A program made the position numbers and the translations under genes. From positions 202,131 through 266,130 of the forward strand of contig CALKEU010000001.1 in the NCBI GenBank assembly GCA_938084565.1: a stretch of 64,000 bases of DNA. Reading direction: 5' to 3'. The notes beneath the pieces were generated by a model, which searched no databases, was not told the DNA's origin, and was given only the letters and a program-made list of their open reading frames with translations. This stretch comes from Candidatus Kapaibacterium sp. GTDB taxonomy: Bacteria > Bacteroidota > Ignavibacteria > Kapaibacteriales > HRBIN21. Every line of letters starts with the position of its first letter. Position 1 is the first letter of the stretch. Positions 18,114 through 27,817 of the stretch are shown here, piece after piece.

Positions 18114-20186
18114 TCAGCGCTGCGGAGAAGGCTGAAATTCACTCTCCTCAAGCGGCGGATTTAGCTGGTAGGCGTTCTCCATCTGCAGTGAGCCCCACGG
18201 CGTCTGGACGGTTATCCGCTTTGGGAAGCGGAGCCCTTTAAGCTCGAGGTAGTCACCGTAAAGCTCCGTTATAGCCTGATCGCCCTGCGCTGTCGGTTCA
18301 GTTTTCTCCGCCCGCTCGAGCAGGTAGCTGGTTGCATTGAAATAGTAGAGGTGCTCGCCCCCGTATGGTGGCTCAGCCTTCAGCACGATGTGATCACCTC
18401 TTTTTCCGAGCACCGTGCAGCGAAAGCCCCGGTCAAGCAGGAATGCAACGTAGAACGGATGTGCCTGCAGGAGAACCTTCTCCCGCTCACGGTCGGAGAC
18501 GTCATGGGGTACTCCGTTGAGCTCTACTCGAACAGAGCGCCCGTCCGACCATGTCTGCTGCTGGAAGAAGGGGGTTTTCAACAGTTCCACGCTCCTATCC
18601 GGTGCTTTCCACTTGCGGACTAGCTCCCCTTCTACCGAGAGATCGCGCACACGCAGACCCACCTTTGCCTGCACCAATAGCGCCTGGAGTTTCCCCAGGG
18701 CCTCTGCCCCCCCAACAGCGGCAACATAGCGTTGCAGGAGCTCTGCAGCGCTGAGGTCGACTGGCTGGTACGCCGAGGCCGGTTGCAATTCCGCCGTATA
18801 CTCGTACACCTTTCCTAACGCCTGCAGGCGCGGAAGAACCTCCGGAGCTCCAACCACGACTGTGCGGAGGGCGACCGGTTGTAAATACCGCTCGGCCACC
18901 TCCCGAATCTGCCAGGGAATGATGCTCAGAAGACGCTCTGGGTAATGCTGGAGCCGCTCCTTCGGCATCCCATACAGTTCAGCCCGTTGAAGGAGCGTCG
19001 CAATAAACTCCGGACGCTCAAACGAACGAAGATACGCCCCAACCATGGCTTGCTTAATGCGCTCAAGCTCCTCCTGGCTTGGAGCCTCTTGCATGAGGCG
19101 CTCGACTTCCCGCTGTATAACAAGCAGCGCCGAATCTGTGACCGCCGTACGTACATCTGCCCCGAGAGCAATGCGGTTGATATATCGAGCCTCCGTCTGG
19201 AAGGCAAAAGGAGCATATGTATAGGCGTACGTCTCGCGGAGGCTCCGGAAGAGGCGCCCCCCGAATGCAGAGCCCAAAAGTTCTGAAAGCACCTCGATGA
19301 CTTCATGATCGGGGTGAGTATAGGGGACCGTCACTGCGCTGACTACCAGCGACGACTGGACAGAGCCCGGACGAGCGATAAAGTAGATTCCGTTAGGCAT
19401 CGGCTGCGGTGGGGGGAACGGAGCAAGAGAGACTTCCCTTCGCTTCCATCCTCCGAAGGCACGCCGTAAGAGGGGCAACAACTCCCGTTCGGTAATATCG
19501 CCCACGACGGCCAATGTGGCGTTCTGCGGCCGATAGAAGCGATCATAGAATTCTCGTAGATCCCGCACGCGGATCTTCGCAACGCTCTCCTCGGTCCGCC
19601 GCCGAGCATATGGATGGTTAGGCCCATAGACTACCCTCCGAGCTAGCGCCTGCGCTAGAGAGGCCGGACGCGCGCGCTCCTGCTGAATCTCTGCAATAAC
19701 CTGAGGGCGGAGCTTCTCCAGCTCTCCCTCCGGAAAGGTCGGGCGGAGCACCACATCAGCGAAAATCTCCAACACGAAGGGCAGATGTTTCTTCAACGTC
19801 GTAGCAACGACAGCAGAGAAATCCCCAGCGGAAGAGGCCTCGAGCGTAGCACCCACGCTATCGATGGCAGCAGCAATTTGTTGGGCTGTGCGCTTACCGG
19901 CCCCTTTCGTCAACATCATCGCCGTCATGGCGGCCGTGCCGGGAATGTCATCCTGCGCATCCCCAGCATTGATTTGGAGCCGGAGGGTCACGGTCGGCTG
20001 CTCATGGTCCTCGATGAGGAAGATCTTCAAACCGTTGGGCAGCTCCGTCTCCGTATAGGCTGGGAAGCGGAATGCCTTGACTGGAAGCGGCTCTGGGGGT
20101 TTCGTCCAATCGATCCCCTGCGCTGTACCCACCAGAGAAGCTGCGAGAGCAAGTACACCGTAACTACCGTATTTCCTCATCGCCAT
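18114..20186 (-). CDS. M16-family peptidase, non-catalytic subunit, with ~230-aa C-terminal extension
   Basis: Insulinase fold signatures but no HxxEH (has LRLQINAGD instead). The C-terminal region from QPVDLSAAELLQRY... to the end is not part of the M16 fold. Confidence 0.7.
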   Translation of the reverse strand: MAMRKYGSYGVLALAASLVGTAQGIDWTKPPEPLPVKAFRFPAYTETELPNGLKIFLIEDHEQPTVTLRLQINAGDAQDDIPGTAAMTAMMLTKGAGKRTAQQIAAAIDSVGATLEASSAGDFSAVVATTLKKHLPFVLEIFADVVLRPTFPEGELEKLRPQVIAEIQQERARPASLAQALARRVVYGPNHPYARRRTEESVAKIRVRDLREFYDRFYRPQNATLAVVGDITERELLPLLRRAFGGWKRREVSLAPFPPPQPMPNGIYFIARPGSVQSSLVVSAVTVPYTHPDHEVIEVLSELLGSAFGGRLFRSLRETYAYTYAPFAFQTEARYINRIALGADVRTAVTDSALLVIQREVERLMQEAPSQEELERIKQAMVGAYLRSFERPEFIATLLQRAELYGMPKERLQHYPERLLSIIPWQIREVAERYLQPVALRTVVVGAPEVLPRLQALGKVYEYTAELQPASAYQPVDLSAAELLQRYVAAVGGAEALGKLQALLVQAKVGLRVRDLSVEGELVRKWKAPDRSVELLKTPFFQQQTWSDGRSVRVELNGVPHDVSDREREKVLLQAHPFYVAFLLDRGFRCTVLGKRGDHIVLKAEPPYGGEHLYYFNATSYLLERAEKTEPTAQGDQAITELYGDYLELKGLRFPKRITVQTPWGSLQMENAYQLNPPLEESEFQPSPQR

Positions 20187-20204
20187 CCCTCCTGCAACCA
20201 GAAC

Positions 20205-21533
20205 TCACTGCTGGGAGCGCGCCGGCAAGTACGTGAGCACAACGCGGTCTTCGGTAAAGTACTTCTGGGCCACGCGCTGCAAATCCTGCCGCGTCAGGCG
20301 TAGATAGTGCCCGAGCTCCGTATTGATGAGATTGGCATCCCCGAAGGTTGCCCAATACGAGGCCAATGACAGGGCCTTCTCGAGAGCGCCTTTTTTGTTC
20401 ATCACAAATCGCGCCTCACGTATGTTGCGCGCCTTTTGAAACTCTGCCTCTGTCACTCCTTCGCGCTTGATGCGCTCGAGCACGGCCAGCATTTCTCGCT
20501 CTACCTCACCGAGAGGTTTGCCCGGGGCCGCAATACCCAGAGCCAAAATGGCCCCCGCGTGGCGCAGGTCATAGAGGAATGCCGATGCCTGCACAGCCAG
20601 TTGTGTCTCATCGACCAAACGGCGATACAGTCGCGAGCTCTCCCCACGAGCAACAATATCCAGGAGCATTTCGAGAGCATAGGCATCGGGATCTCCCGCC
20701 TTTGGTCCCCGCCACCCGATGAAGACGGCCGGATGGGGAGCTTTGGGATCCAGAACCGTATCCCGCTGCTGGCCCGACAGCGGAGAGAGCTGGAACTCCA
20801 CAGGCCGGACTGCAGGACCCGGCGGATACTGCCCAAAGTACATCTCCACAAGCTGCTTCACTTGATCTGGCTCTACGTCTCCCACGATGGCAAGGACGGC
20901 ATTGTTGGGATGGTAGTAGGTGTTGTAGAAGCCCAGAAACTCCTCGAGACGAGCACTATCGATGTGTTGAGCCGCCCCAATAGGAGTCCACCCATAGGGC
21001 GAACCCGCAAAGAGACGAGCAAACATTCGTTCCAGCCAGCCCCCGTATGGGGAATTGTCATAGCGCATCTTCCGCTCTTCTTTCACCACCCCACGCTGAG
21101 TCTCGACCCCGACGCTATCGATCCGCAGCCGTCGCATGCGCTCGGCCTCAATCCAGAGCGCAAGTGGCAACTGGTGTGCCGGCAGCTGGAAGTGATAAAC
21201 GGTAGCATCAAAGCTTGTAAAGGCGTTGAGCGTTCCACCAGCCTGTTGGATGTACTTGTCGATGGAAGCCCGGGGAATGTGCTCTGTCCCCTCAAACATC
21301 AAATGCTCGAAGAAGTGCGCAAAACCCGTGCGTCCCGGCTCCTCGTTGCTCGATCCGACCTTGTAGTGCAACACCGTTGCAACAACAGGGGCAGAGGTAT
21401 CACGCTGTACGATGACATGGAGCCCATTGGCCAACGTAAATTCCGTGAAGCGAATGGGATAGAAACTCGTCTGTGCCCAGACTACACCCGCGGCAACGCT
21501 GGCTAGAACTGCCCAGACTACCCTCCGTCCCAT
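20205..21533 (-). CDS. M16-family zinc peptidase, catalytic subunit
   Basis: Inverted zincin motif HFFEHLMFEGTEH (HxxEH...E); signal peptide. Confidence 0.8.
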   Translation of the reverse strand: MGRRVVWAVLASVAAGVVWAQTSFYPIRFTEFTLANGLHVIVQRDTSAPVVATVLHYKVGSSNEEPGRTGFAHFFEHLMFEGTEHIPRASIDKYIQQAGGTLNAFTSFDATVYHFQLPAHQLPLALWIEAERMRRLRIDSVGVETQRGVVKEERKMRYDNSPYGGWLERMFARLFAGSPYGWTPIGAAQHIDSARLEEFLGFYNTYYHPNNAVLAIVGDVEPDQVKQLVEMYFGQYPPGPAVRPVEFQLSPLSGQQRDTVLDPKAPHPAVFIGWRGPKAGDPDAYALEMLLDIVARGESSRLYRRLVDETQLAVQASAFLYDLRHAGAILALGIAAPGKPLGEVEREMLAVLERIKREGVTEAEFQKARNIREARFVMNKKGALEKALSLASYWATFGDANLINTELGHYLRLTRQDLQRVAQKYFTEDRVVLTYLPARSQQ

Positions 21534-21575
21534 CGATCCCTCTCACGCCTTAGACACAGGAGCAGACGAACAAAA

Positions 21576-23231
21576 CTATCGACTTTTTGCCGAGAAACGG
21601 CGTAGCAAGCCCACAGCAGCCAGGAGCAGGCAACTTACTGCTGTCAAAGCCTGTGGTAGGGCATCCCCGATGCTTTGGTAGAGGCTTCCGCTGTGCCCGA
21701 GGGGCAGAACAACCGGAAGCGCTGCGGAAATGTACTGCGGTAGTTGCGCCAGAACCTCCCCCGTGGGCAGCACAGCAGCCGTAATACCACTATTGGCACA
21801 TCGCAGAACGGGACGCCGGAGCTCGAGAGCTCGAACACGGGCCAGCGCAAAATGCTGTGCCGGTCCTGGAGTATGATCGAACCAGGCGTCGTTGCTGATG
21901 ACCACGAGCACATCGCATCCCTGCTGAGCATACCTCCGAGCAAAGTCGGAAAAGATTGACTCGATGCAGATGGCAATACCCAAAGAGACGGTGTCCTGCC
22001 GGCGTGGGAGCCGGAGGAGCTGCTGCTCAGCTCCCTTCGCCCAGGCAGAAATTCCCACCCCCCATTCGAACCACCGCGTCAGCGTACCGAAGAACTCCGC
22101 ATAGGGAAAGCGTTCAGCGAATGGAGTCAGCCGAATCTTCCGATGCACTCCGGCGAGCTCTCCCGAAGCTGCCAGCAGAAAGGCAGCATTATAGGCCTCA
22201 TAAAACTGCGTCGAATCCCACGGCAGAGTTCGGCTCAGCCGTGGTGCAGCATCCGCCTGATACAGGCGTAGCTCAGCAAAGCCACTCAGCAATGCAACAC
22301 CGTGGTTGCGTACCCACGCCTGTAGCCCCTCCCACAGCCAGCGGTACTCTGGAAGTGTCACCGGTACCGGTATGGCCGTTTCGTTCCAGATGACTACATC
22401 GGCAGCAAAGAAAGCCAATACGCTATCCGATAGCCGCTGCTGGATCCCGATCTGCTCGAGCCCATCGCGCTCCCATTTCGCCCATGGGTTCAGTGCAGGC
22501 TGTACCAACACCGCCCGCAACACACGCTCTGCCGGAACAGCCCGTAGCTGCTCCAGCCGTATACTCCCGTAAATCAGTGGAAACCCAACTGCGGCAAGGT
22601 GAAGACCCACCCACTGCAGGATCTCCCGCCTCCGTATCCACCGCCACAACGAGGGCGATGGAGCATGCACCCATGCGCGGAGAAGCTCAAAGAGGGCAAC
22701 ATTGGCCCACAGCACAAGGAAGCTTGCTCCCCAGATGCCTGCAAGGTCGACAACTTGGATCCAGCGGATGTTCTCCGCCTGCGTGTAGCCCACCGTCAGC
22801 CATGGGTAGCCTATCTCCCCCAAGCTGTGGAGCCACTCAAAGGCCCCCCAAAATACCGGAAAGACCCTTATCCCCCAGTGCCGACCTCTGTACTGCCCCA
22901 CCCACCATGCCCCTACCAAGGGCAGAAGGAAGAAGAGGGGATGCCCAAGCCATAGAGCAAGACCAGCAATAAGCAGGTAGGGATCCGCCTCTGATTGCCA
23001 GCTGCTGACCCACCAATTGGCTACGCCATGGTAGCAGAAGCCGAAGATATAGCCGACTTGCACAACGTGCGAGAACTCGAGTGGCTGTGCTAATACCCAC
23101 AGCAGAGGCACCAATGCCCCAAATGCCAGACTACCCAGTGGAGATGGGGGGAAGGAAGCCCCAAGCAGTATCCCAGAGCAAGCCGCTGCAGCCAGGAGCC
23201 TCCACCCTACACGTATCGTTCCCCCAGCCAT
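21576..23231 (-). CDS. lnt: apolipoprotein N-acyltransferase
   Basis: Multi-TM N-terminus plus a C-terminal CN-hydrolase domain (CIESIFSDFARRY...VVISNDAWF...RCANSGITAAV). Confidence 0.8.
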   Translation of the reverse strand: MAGGTIRVGWRLLAAAACSGILLGASFPPSPLGSLAFGALVPLLWVLAQPLEFSHVVQVGYIFGFCYHGVANWWVSSWQSEADPYLLIAGLALWLGHPLFFLLPLVGAWWVGQYRGRHWGIRVFPVFWGAFEWLHSLGEIGYPWLTVGYTQAENIRWIQVVDLAGIWGASFLVLWANVALFELLRAWVHAPSPSLWRWIRRREILQWVGLHLAAVGFPLIYGSIRLEQLRAVPAERVLRAVLVQPALNPWAKWERDGLEQIGIQQRLSDSVLAFFAADVVIWNETAIPVPVTLPEYRWLWEGLQAWVRNHGVALLSGFAELRLYQADAAPRLSRTLPWDSTQFYEAYNAAFLLAASGELAGVHRKIRLTPFAERFPYAEFFGTLTRWFEWGVGISAWAKGAEQQLLRLPRRQDTVSLGIAICIESIFSDFARRYAQQGCDVLVVISNDAWFDHTPGPAQHFALARVRALELRRPVLRCANSGITAAVLPTGEVLAQLPQYISAALPVVLPLGHSGSLYQSIGDALPQALTAVSCLLLAAVGLLRRFSAKSR

Positions 23232-23316
23232 CCCCTAAGGGAGTATCCATACACACCCCTGCTCTGAACCACACCCGGCCTCTTCGAACACTGCTGAGAC
23301 TCCCACACCGCCGACG

Positions 23317-24753
23317 TCAGCGAGGCTCCAGCGCCTCTCCACCCCCCCAGAGACGAGCACAAGCATGCGCATACTGCAAGAGGCGGACATCCGCTCCGTA
23401 TGGAGCCTGGAGTTGCATCCCCAACGGAAGCCCTTCTGAACTGACACCCGCTGGCACATTGATGGCTGGGATACCAGCCAGATTCGCCGAAACGGTGAAG
23501 AAGTCAGCCAGGTACATAGCAACCGGGTCCTCCAGACGCTCGCCTAACCGGAAGGGAGGAACAGGCGAGGTTGGGAGCAAGAGCACGTGCGCTGTAGTAA
23601 AGATTTGCGCATAGGCTTCGGCAATTAGCCGGCGCGCCTTCAGAGCCTTGCGATAGTATGCATCGTAGTAGCCCGCCGAGAGCACATATGTGCCTATCAT
23701 AATGCGGCGTTTGACCTCCGCACCAAAACCGCTCGTGCGCGTTGCCGCAATGACATCCTCCCCTTCCTCAACCGGAGCTCGAAAGCCGTAGCGAATACCG
23801 TCATAGCGCGCCAGATTCGAGGAGGCTTCCGCGGTAGCAATCACATAGTAAGTTGGCACCCAGACGTGGCTAAAGGGAAGCTCCACCGGTTTGATATGAG
23901 CTCCAGCTGCCCGCAGGGCTGCCACGCAGCGATCGTAAGCGGCGCGGACATCAGGATGGCACTCCTCCAGGAGCGCCTGCGGCATTGTACCAACGTGGAG
24001 CTCTGCCACGGAGAAATCTTCCGCAAGGGGGGTTCGGGTTGGCGGCTCTGGAAGAGTCGTGGCATCATATGGATCGTGCCCCGAGATGACATCCAGCACC
24101 CCAGCAACGTCCTCCACCGTATGGGCAAAGATCCCAATCTGGTCCAGCGAAGAGGCGAAGGCAACCAAGCCATAGCGGGAAATCCGACCGTAGCTCGGCT
24201 TGAAGCCGACAACACCACAGAAAGCCGCAGGCTGCCGCACCGATCCGCCGGTGTCGGATCCCAAAGCCACATGGCAGAGTTGAGCCGCCACAGCCACAGC
24301 CGATCCTCCCGAAGAGCCCCCGGGGACATAGGCAGGATTGTGCGGATTCCGTACAGCCCCAAACGCTGAATGTTCATTGGACGAGCCCATGGCAAACTCG
24401 TCCATATTGGTTTTGCCAATCAGAATCGCTCCCGCCTGCTTCAAGCGGGCTACAGCCGTTGCATCGTAGACCGGTATGAAGTTCTCCAGCATCCGGGAGG
24501 CGCACGTCGTTCGGATCCCCCGAGTGGAGATGTTATCCTTGACAGCTACAACGCACCCCTCCAGTGGACGAGCTTGACCAGCATCGAAGCGGGCATCGCT
24601 CTCCTCAGCGGCCTGGAGAGCCAGCTCAGGGACAACGGTAATGAAGGCATTCAAGGCTGAGTGCTCGGCAATGCGGTGCAGGAACTCTTCGACCACCTGC
24701 CGACAGCGCACCTCTCCCCTGAGGCGCCGTTGGCGGAACTCCGCATAGGTCAT
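23317..24753 (-). CDS. gatA: Glu-tRNA(Gln)/Asp-tRNA(Asn) amidotransferase subunit A
   Basis: Amidase signature AVKDNIST..GKTNMDEFAMGSS...GGSSGGSAVAVAA...GSDTGGSVRQPAAFCG. Confidence 0.85.
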   Translation of the reverse strand: MTYAEFRQRRLRGEVRCRQVVEEFLHRIAEHSALNAFITVVPELALQAAEESDARFDAGQARPLEGCVVAVKDNISTRGIRTTCASRMLENFIPVYDATAVARLKQAGAILIGKTNMDEFAMGSSNEHSAFGAVRNPHNPAYVPGGSSGGSAVAVAAQLCHVALGSDTGGSVRQPAAFCGVVGFKPSYGRISRYGLVAFASSLDQIGIFAHTVEDVAGVLDVISGHDPYDATTLPEPPTRTPLAEDFSVAELHVGTMPQALLEECHPDVRAAYDRCVAALRAAGAHIKPVELPFSHVWVPTYYVIATAEASSNLARYDGIRYGFRAPVEEGEDVIAATRTSGFGAEVKRRIMIGTYVLSAGYYDAYYRKALKARRLIAEAYAQIFTTAHVLLLPTSPVPPFRLGERLEDPVAMYLADFFTVSANLAGIPAINVPAGVSSEGLPLGMQLQAPYGADVRLLQYAHACARLWGGGEALEPR

Positions 24754-24995
24754 TGTCCTTCCCGAGCCGCCGGTGGAACACGTTCGCTCGGCCTCCGCCG
24801 CTCGACCGATGTGGGCGCTTCTGCCAACTCAGAGGAGAGCTCCCGCAGCTGCTGCCGCAATTCCTCCTGTGCCCGCTGCAACTGCCGCCATCCCTTGCCC
24901 AGCGTCCGAGATAGTTCGGGCAGATGCTTTGGCCCAAACAGCAGCAGGATTGCCAGCACAATCAGCAGCAGCTCCCCACCGCCGACATCAAACAT
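24750..24995 (-). CDS. tatA: twin-arginine translocase TatA/E-family protein
   Basis: MFDVGGGELLLIVLAILLLFGPKHLPELSRTLGKG is the TatA TM plus hinge (FG) plus amphipathic helix. Confidence 0.7.
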   Translation of the reverse strand: MFDVGGGELLLIVLAILLLFGPKHLPELSRTLGKGWRQLQRAQEELRQQLRELSSELAEAPTSVERRRPSERVPPAAREGQ

Positions 24996-25001
24996 GGCTC
25001 C

Positions 25002-25220
25002 CTACCCCGAGTTCCCCGACCGCTGACCCGATGGAGACTGCTCCGCTCCACCTCGAGGAAGCTCAGTCCGAGCAGCCTCGTCATCCACCGACGCTGCCCG
25101 CTTGAACTCCCGAATCCCCGCGCCCAATCCCCGCATCAACTCCGGAATTTTCCGCCCGCCAAATAAGAGCAGCAACACCAGCGCAATCAGGAGGAGCTCC
25201 GTCGGTCCGATCCCGAACAT
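25002..25220 (-). CDS. second TatA/TatB-like protein
   Basis: [41 protein letters not shown]; I place the start at this Met, while the ORF track extends upstream to 25331. Confidence 0.65.
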   Translation of the reverse strand: MFGIGPTELLLIALVLLLLFGGRKIPELMRGLGAGIREFKRAASVDDEAARTELPRGGAEQSPSGQRSGNSG

Positions 25221-25236
25221 AGTTCCCTCTCCCCGT

Positions 25237-25956
25237 TTAAAGCACTGCTGAAGTCGCCACTGCCATGGTGCAGTGACGTTGGAGCGACTCAAATACGGTA
25301 AGTCCATCGGTGCCCCCGAGGAGAGTCTCACATGCTCGCTCCGGGTGCGGCATCATTCCAAGCACATTCCCCTCGGGGCTGAGTACACCTGCGATATTGG
25401 CCACCGAGCCGTTGGGGTTCGCATCCTCGGTAAGCTGCCCGGCAGCATCGCAGTAGCGGAAGAGGATCTGGCCCCGCCGCTCTAACTCCCGCAGCACCGA
25501 CGGTTCGGCATAATAATTCCCTTCTCCGTGGGCGACGGGAAGGCGCAGCACTGCCCCTGGCTGTAGCAAATTGGTAAAAGGCGTATCGGAGCGCTCTACC
25601 CGGACGAACACCGACCGGCAGACAAAGCGCAGCTGCCGATTTCGCAAAAATGCCCCCGGGAGGAGCCCCGCCTCACAGAGGATCTGGAAGCCATTGCAGA
25701 TCCCTAAAACCAGCCCACCTGCCCGGGCGAACCGAGCTACCGCGCCCATAATGGGTGCAAAGCGGGCAATAGCACCGCTGCGAAGGTAGTCCCCGTACGA
25801 GAACCCGCCCGGCAGTACCACGCAGTCAATATCGCCCGGAATGCTCTCCTCCTTGTGCCAGAGAAACTCAGCCTCCTCGCCCAGGCCTGCCCGCACAGCC
25901 CAGTAGACATCCCAATCACAATTTGAGCCCGGAAACACTACGATGCCAAACTTCAT
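25237..25956 (-). CDS. purQ: phosphoribosylformylglycinamidine synthase subunit PurQ (glutaminase)
   Basis: [16 protein letters not shown]...GICNGFQIL class-I GATase triad region. Confidence 0.85.
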   Translation of the reverse strand: MKFGIVVFPGSNCDWDVYWAVRAGLGEEAEFLWHKEESIPGDIDCVVLPGGFSYGDYLRSGAIARFAPIMGAVARFARAGGLVLGICNGFQILCEAGLLPGAFLRNRQLRFVCRSVFVRVERSDTPFTNLLQPGAVLRLPVAHGEGNYYAEPSVLRELERRGQILFRYCDAAGQLTEDANPNGSVANIAGVLSPEGNVLGMMPHPERACETLLGGTDGLTVFESLQRHCTMAVATSAVL

Positions 25957-25959
25957 CGC

Positions 25960-26235
25960 TCACGGCACCTCCTTGGCTACCGCTGGGGTCACTGCCAGAA
26001 TCTGGTAATCTTCGATGACAGGGTTAGCCAGCAGACGCTGGCAGGCCTGTTCAGCGTGCCTGTGAGCCTCCTCGGCCGAGGCAGCCCGAATTTCCATCTC
26101 CACGTACTTGCCGATACGCACATTCTCGATAGCCCTAAACCCCAGGGCGTGGAGCGCCTGCTCAACAGTCGTTCCTTGAACATCGGCAATCGAACGCCGG
26201 AGCGTCACGACAGCAGCAACTCGGAAACGGTCCAT
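25960..26235 (-). CDS. purS: phosphoribosylformylglycinamidine synthase subunit PurS
   Basis: ~90-aa protein with the PurS-like ferredoxin-like repeat, located directly upstream of purQ. Confidence 0.8.
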   Translation of the reverse strand: MDRFRVAAVVTLRRSIADVQGTTVEQALHALGFRAIENVRIGKYVEMEIRAASAEEAHRHAEQACQRLLANPVIEDYQILAVTPAVAKEVP

Positions 26236-26244
26236 TATCGGCCC

Positions 26245-26988
26245 CTACCCGGCAAGACTTTCAGCATCTTCCTCCTCCACCCGACGCCGGCGCCAGCGCC
26301 GCAAGCCCTCCCATCCCAGACTCCCCACGATGTAGACCATCAGCAGCGGGAAGAGAGCCCAGCCACCTGTCAGCACAGCCGCAAGGACACCGAGAGTAAA
26401 GACGAGTGTTTGCACCGGATGTTGGCGGATGAAGCGCCTCGTATAGCGCGGCACATTCAGGAAAGCAACCCGACTGAGCATCAGCCCTGCCACCGAGAGC
26501 ACAAGTCCCGTCAGCACCACTGTGTCCCACGGCGCCGCTATCCCTCGGGGATGGAAGAAGACTACATAGGAACCCAACGTCAGCGCCGCCGCCGGAATCG
26601 GTAAGCCGACAAAGCTCAGCTTATCGGCCAAGCTTGTCAACTGCACATTAAACCGAGCTAGGCGCAGTGCTCCTGCCAACGCCGGCACCGCCGCTAGCAA
26701 CATCCCCACTCCACCGAGACTATGGAAATGGGCAACCCAGAGGAGATATGCCGGCGCCACCCCGAAGGAGACAACATCGCTGAGCGAATCTAGCTCCACG
26801 CCAAATTCGGAAGCAACCCCTATGGCGCGCGAGAGTATGCCGTCGAGCATATCGAAGAGGGCCGCTAAGACGATGAAGGCAAAGCCTTCCACCAGCTGCT
26901 GCTGAGCAATAAGCACAATGGCGTGAAAGCCGGCGAAGAGATTGGCCAACGTGAACAAATGAGGGACCAGCTGGCGAAAGAGCCGCAT
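26245..26988 (-). CDS. pssA: CDP-diacylglycerol--serine O-phosphatidyltransferase (CDP-alcohol phosphatidyltransferase family)
   Basis: FDMLDGILSRAIGVASEFGVELDSLSD matches the D(x)2DG(x)2AR...G(x)3D(x)3D motif; multi-TM. Confidence 0.75.
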   Translation of the reverse strand: MRLFRQLVPHLFTLANLFAGFHAIVLIAQQQLVEGFAFIVLAALFDMLDGILSRAIGVASEFGVELDSLSDVVSFGVAPAYLLWVAHFHSLGGVGMLLAAVPALAGALRLARFNVQLTSLADKLSFVGLPIPAAALTLGSYVVFFHPRGIAAPWDTVVLTGLVLSVAGLMLSRVAFLNVPRYTRRFIRQHPVQTLVFTLGVLAAVLTGGWALFPLLMVYIVGSLGWEGLRRWRRRRVEEEDAESLAG

Positions 26989-26994
26989 ACTGCA

Positions 26995-27744
26995 CTACCG
27001 CCCCTCGTGTAGCTGTCCAGCATTGGTCTCTTGTGGCTGCAAGTAGCCGATGATGGTCTGCCCGGCGCGGACCCGCATCTGCTCTTGCACACACAAGCGA
27101 GTCTGTTCAGCAGGGACGAGAATGTCTATGCGAGAACCGAATTTCATCATTCCAAAGCGATCGCCCGCCCGTACTGCCTGCCCTTCACGGAGCGTACACA
27201 CAATCCGCCGAGCTAAAATGCCGGTGATTTGCTTGAAGAGGAGCCGCCCGTGGGGACTCTCTATCCCGATGAGCATCTGCTCATTCTGCCGCGAAGCCTC
27301 CGGTCGGAATGCTGCATAGAAGCGGCCCGGTACGTAGCGACACAGACGGACCGTACCGGAAATCGGTACTCGGTTGACATGCACATCGAGCACGGACAGA
27401 AAAATGCTCACCTGGATTGCTTCGCCTGCCAGAAACTCCGGCTCTACGACACGGCGAATTTCCACAATGCGTCCGTCCGCTGGTGCCAGAATAACTCCGG
27501 GCTGCTCACCCTCGGCCGGGATCGTTCGCTCTGGATCTCGGAAGAACCAGAGCGTAGTGCCCACCACCGCCATAGCCCCGACACCGAGCCCCCAACCAAC
27601 ACCACCTCCGAGGGCCACCCCTACTGAAGCCATCAGGAGTGCTACCCCCATCAGTACTACTGCGTTGTCTCGCCCGTATGGCGTTATAACCGGCATGCAG
27701 AAGCCACCCACAGCAGTTGTAATGGCCTGCAAAATTACTGCCAC
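26995..27744 (-). CDS. psd: phosphatidylserine decarboxylase (archaeal-type Psd proenzyme)
   Basis: FFRDPER near the N-terminus and a C-terminal FGMMKFGSRIDILVP processing region. The track start is a GTG that overlaps a TAATTTTG promoter-like motif, so the true start may be the ATG (MPVITPYG) ~48 nt downstream. Confidence 0.7.
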   Translation of the reverse strand: MAVILQAITTAVGGFCMPVITPYGRDNAVVLMGVALLMASVGVALGGGVGWGLGVGAMAVVGTTLWFFRDPERTIPAEGEQPGVILAPADGRIVEIRRVVEPEFLAGEAIQVSIFLSVLDVHVNRVPISGTVRLCRYVPGRFYAAFRPEASRQNEQMLIGIESPHGRLLFKQITGILARRIVCTLREGQAVRAGDRFGMMKFGSRIDILVPAEQTRLCVQEQMRVRAGQTIIGYLQPQETNAGQLHEGR

Positions 27745-27764
27745 CCCAGGGCAGCAGAGTTAGT

Positions 27765-27772
27765 TAAGTTTG
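27765..27772 (+). promoter_or_regulatory. candidate -7 promoter element TAAGTTTG for dnaN
   Basis: Plus-strand TTAGTTAAGTTTGCATCC about 45 nt upstream of the dnaN ATG, in the 75-nt psd/dnaN divergent region. Confidence 0.35.
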
Positions 27773-27817
27773 CATCCTGCCGTAGGGGTTCTGTCGTTGC
27801 ACCTGAGAGCTATTGCC

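Noticed and set aside
20436-21506. 356-aa plus-strand ORF
   Set aside because: It lies entirely antisense to the catalytic M16 peptidase gene. The composition is low-complexity and Arg/Ser-rich, typical of the open antisense frames that arise in high-GC DNA.
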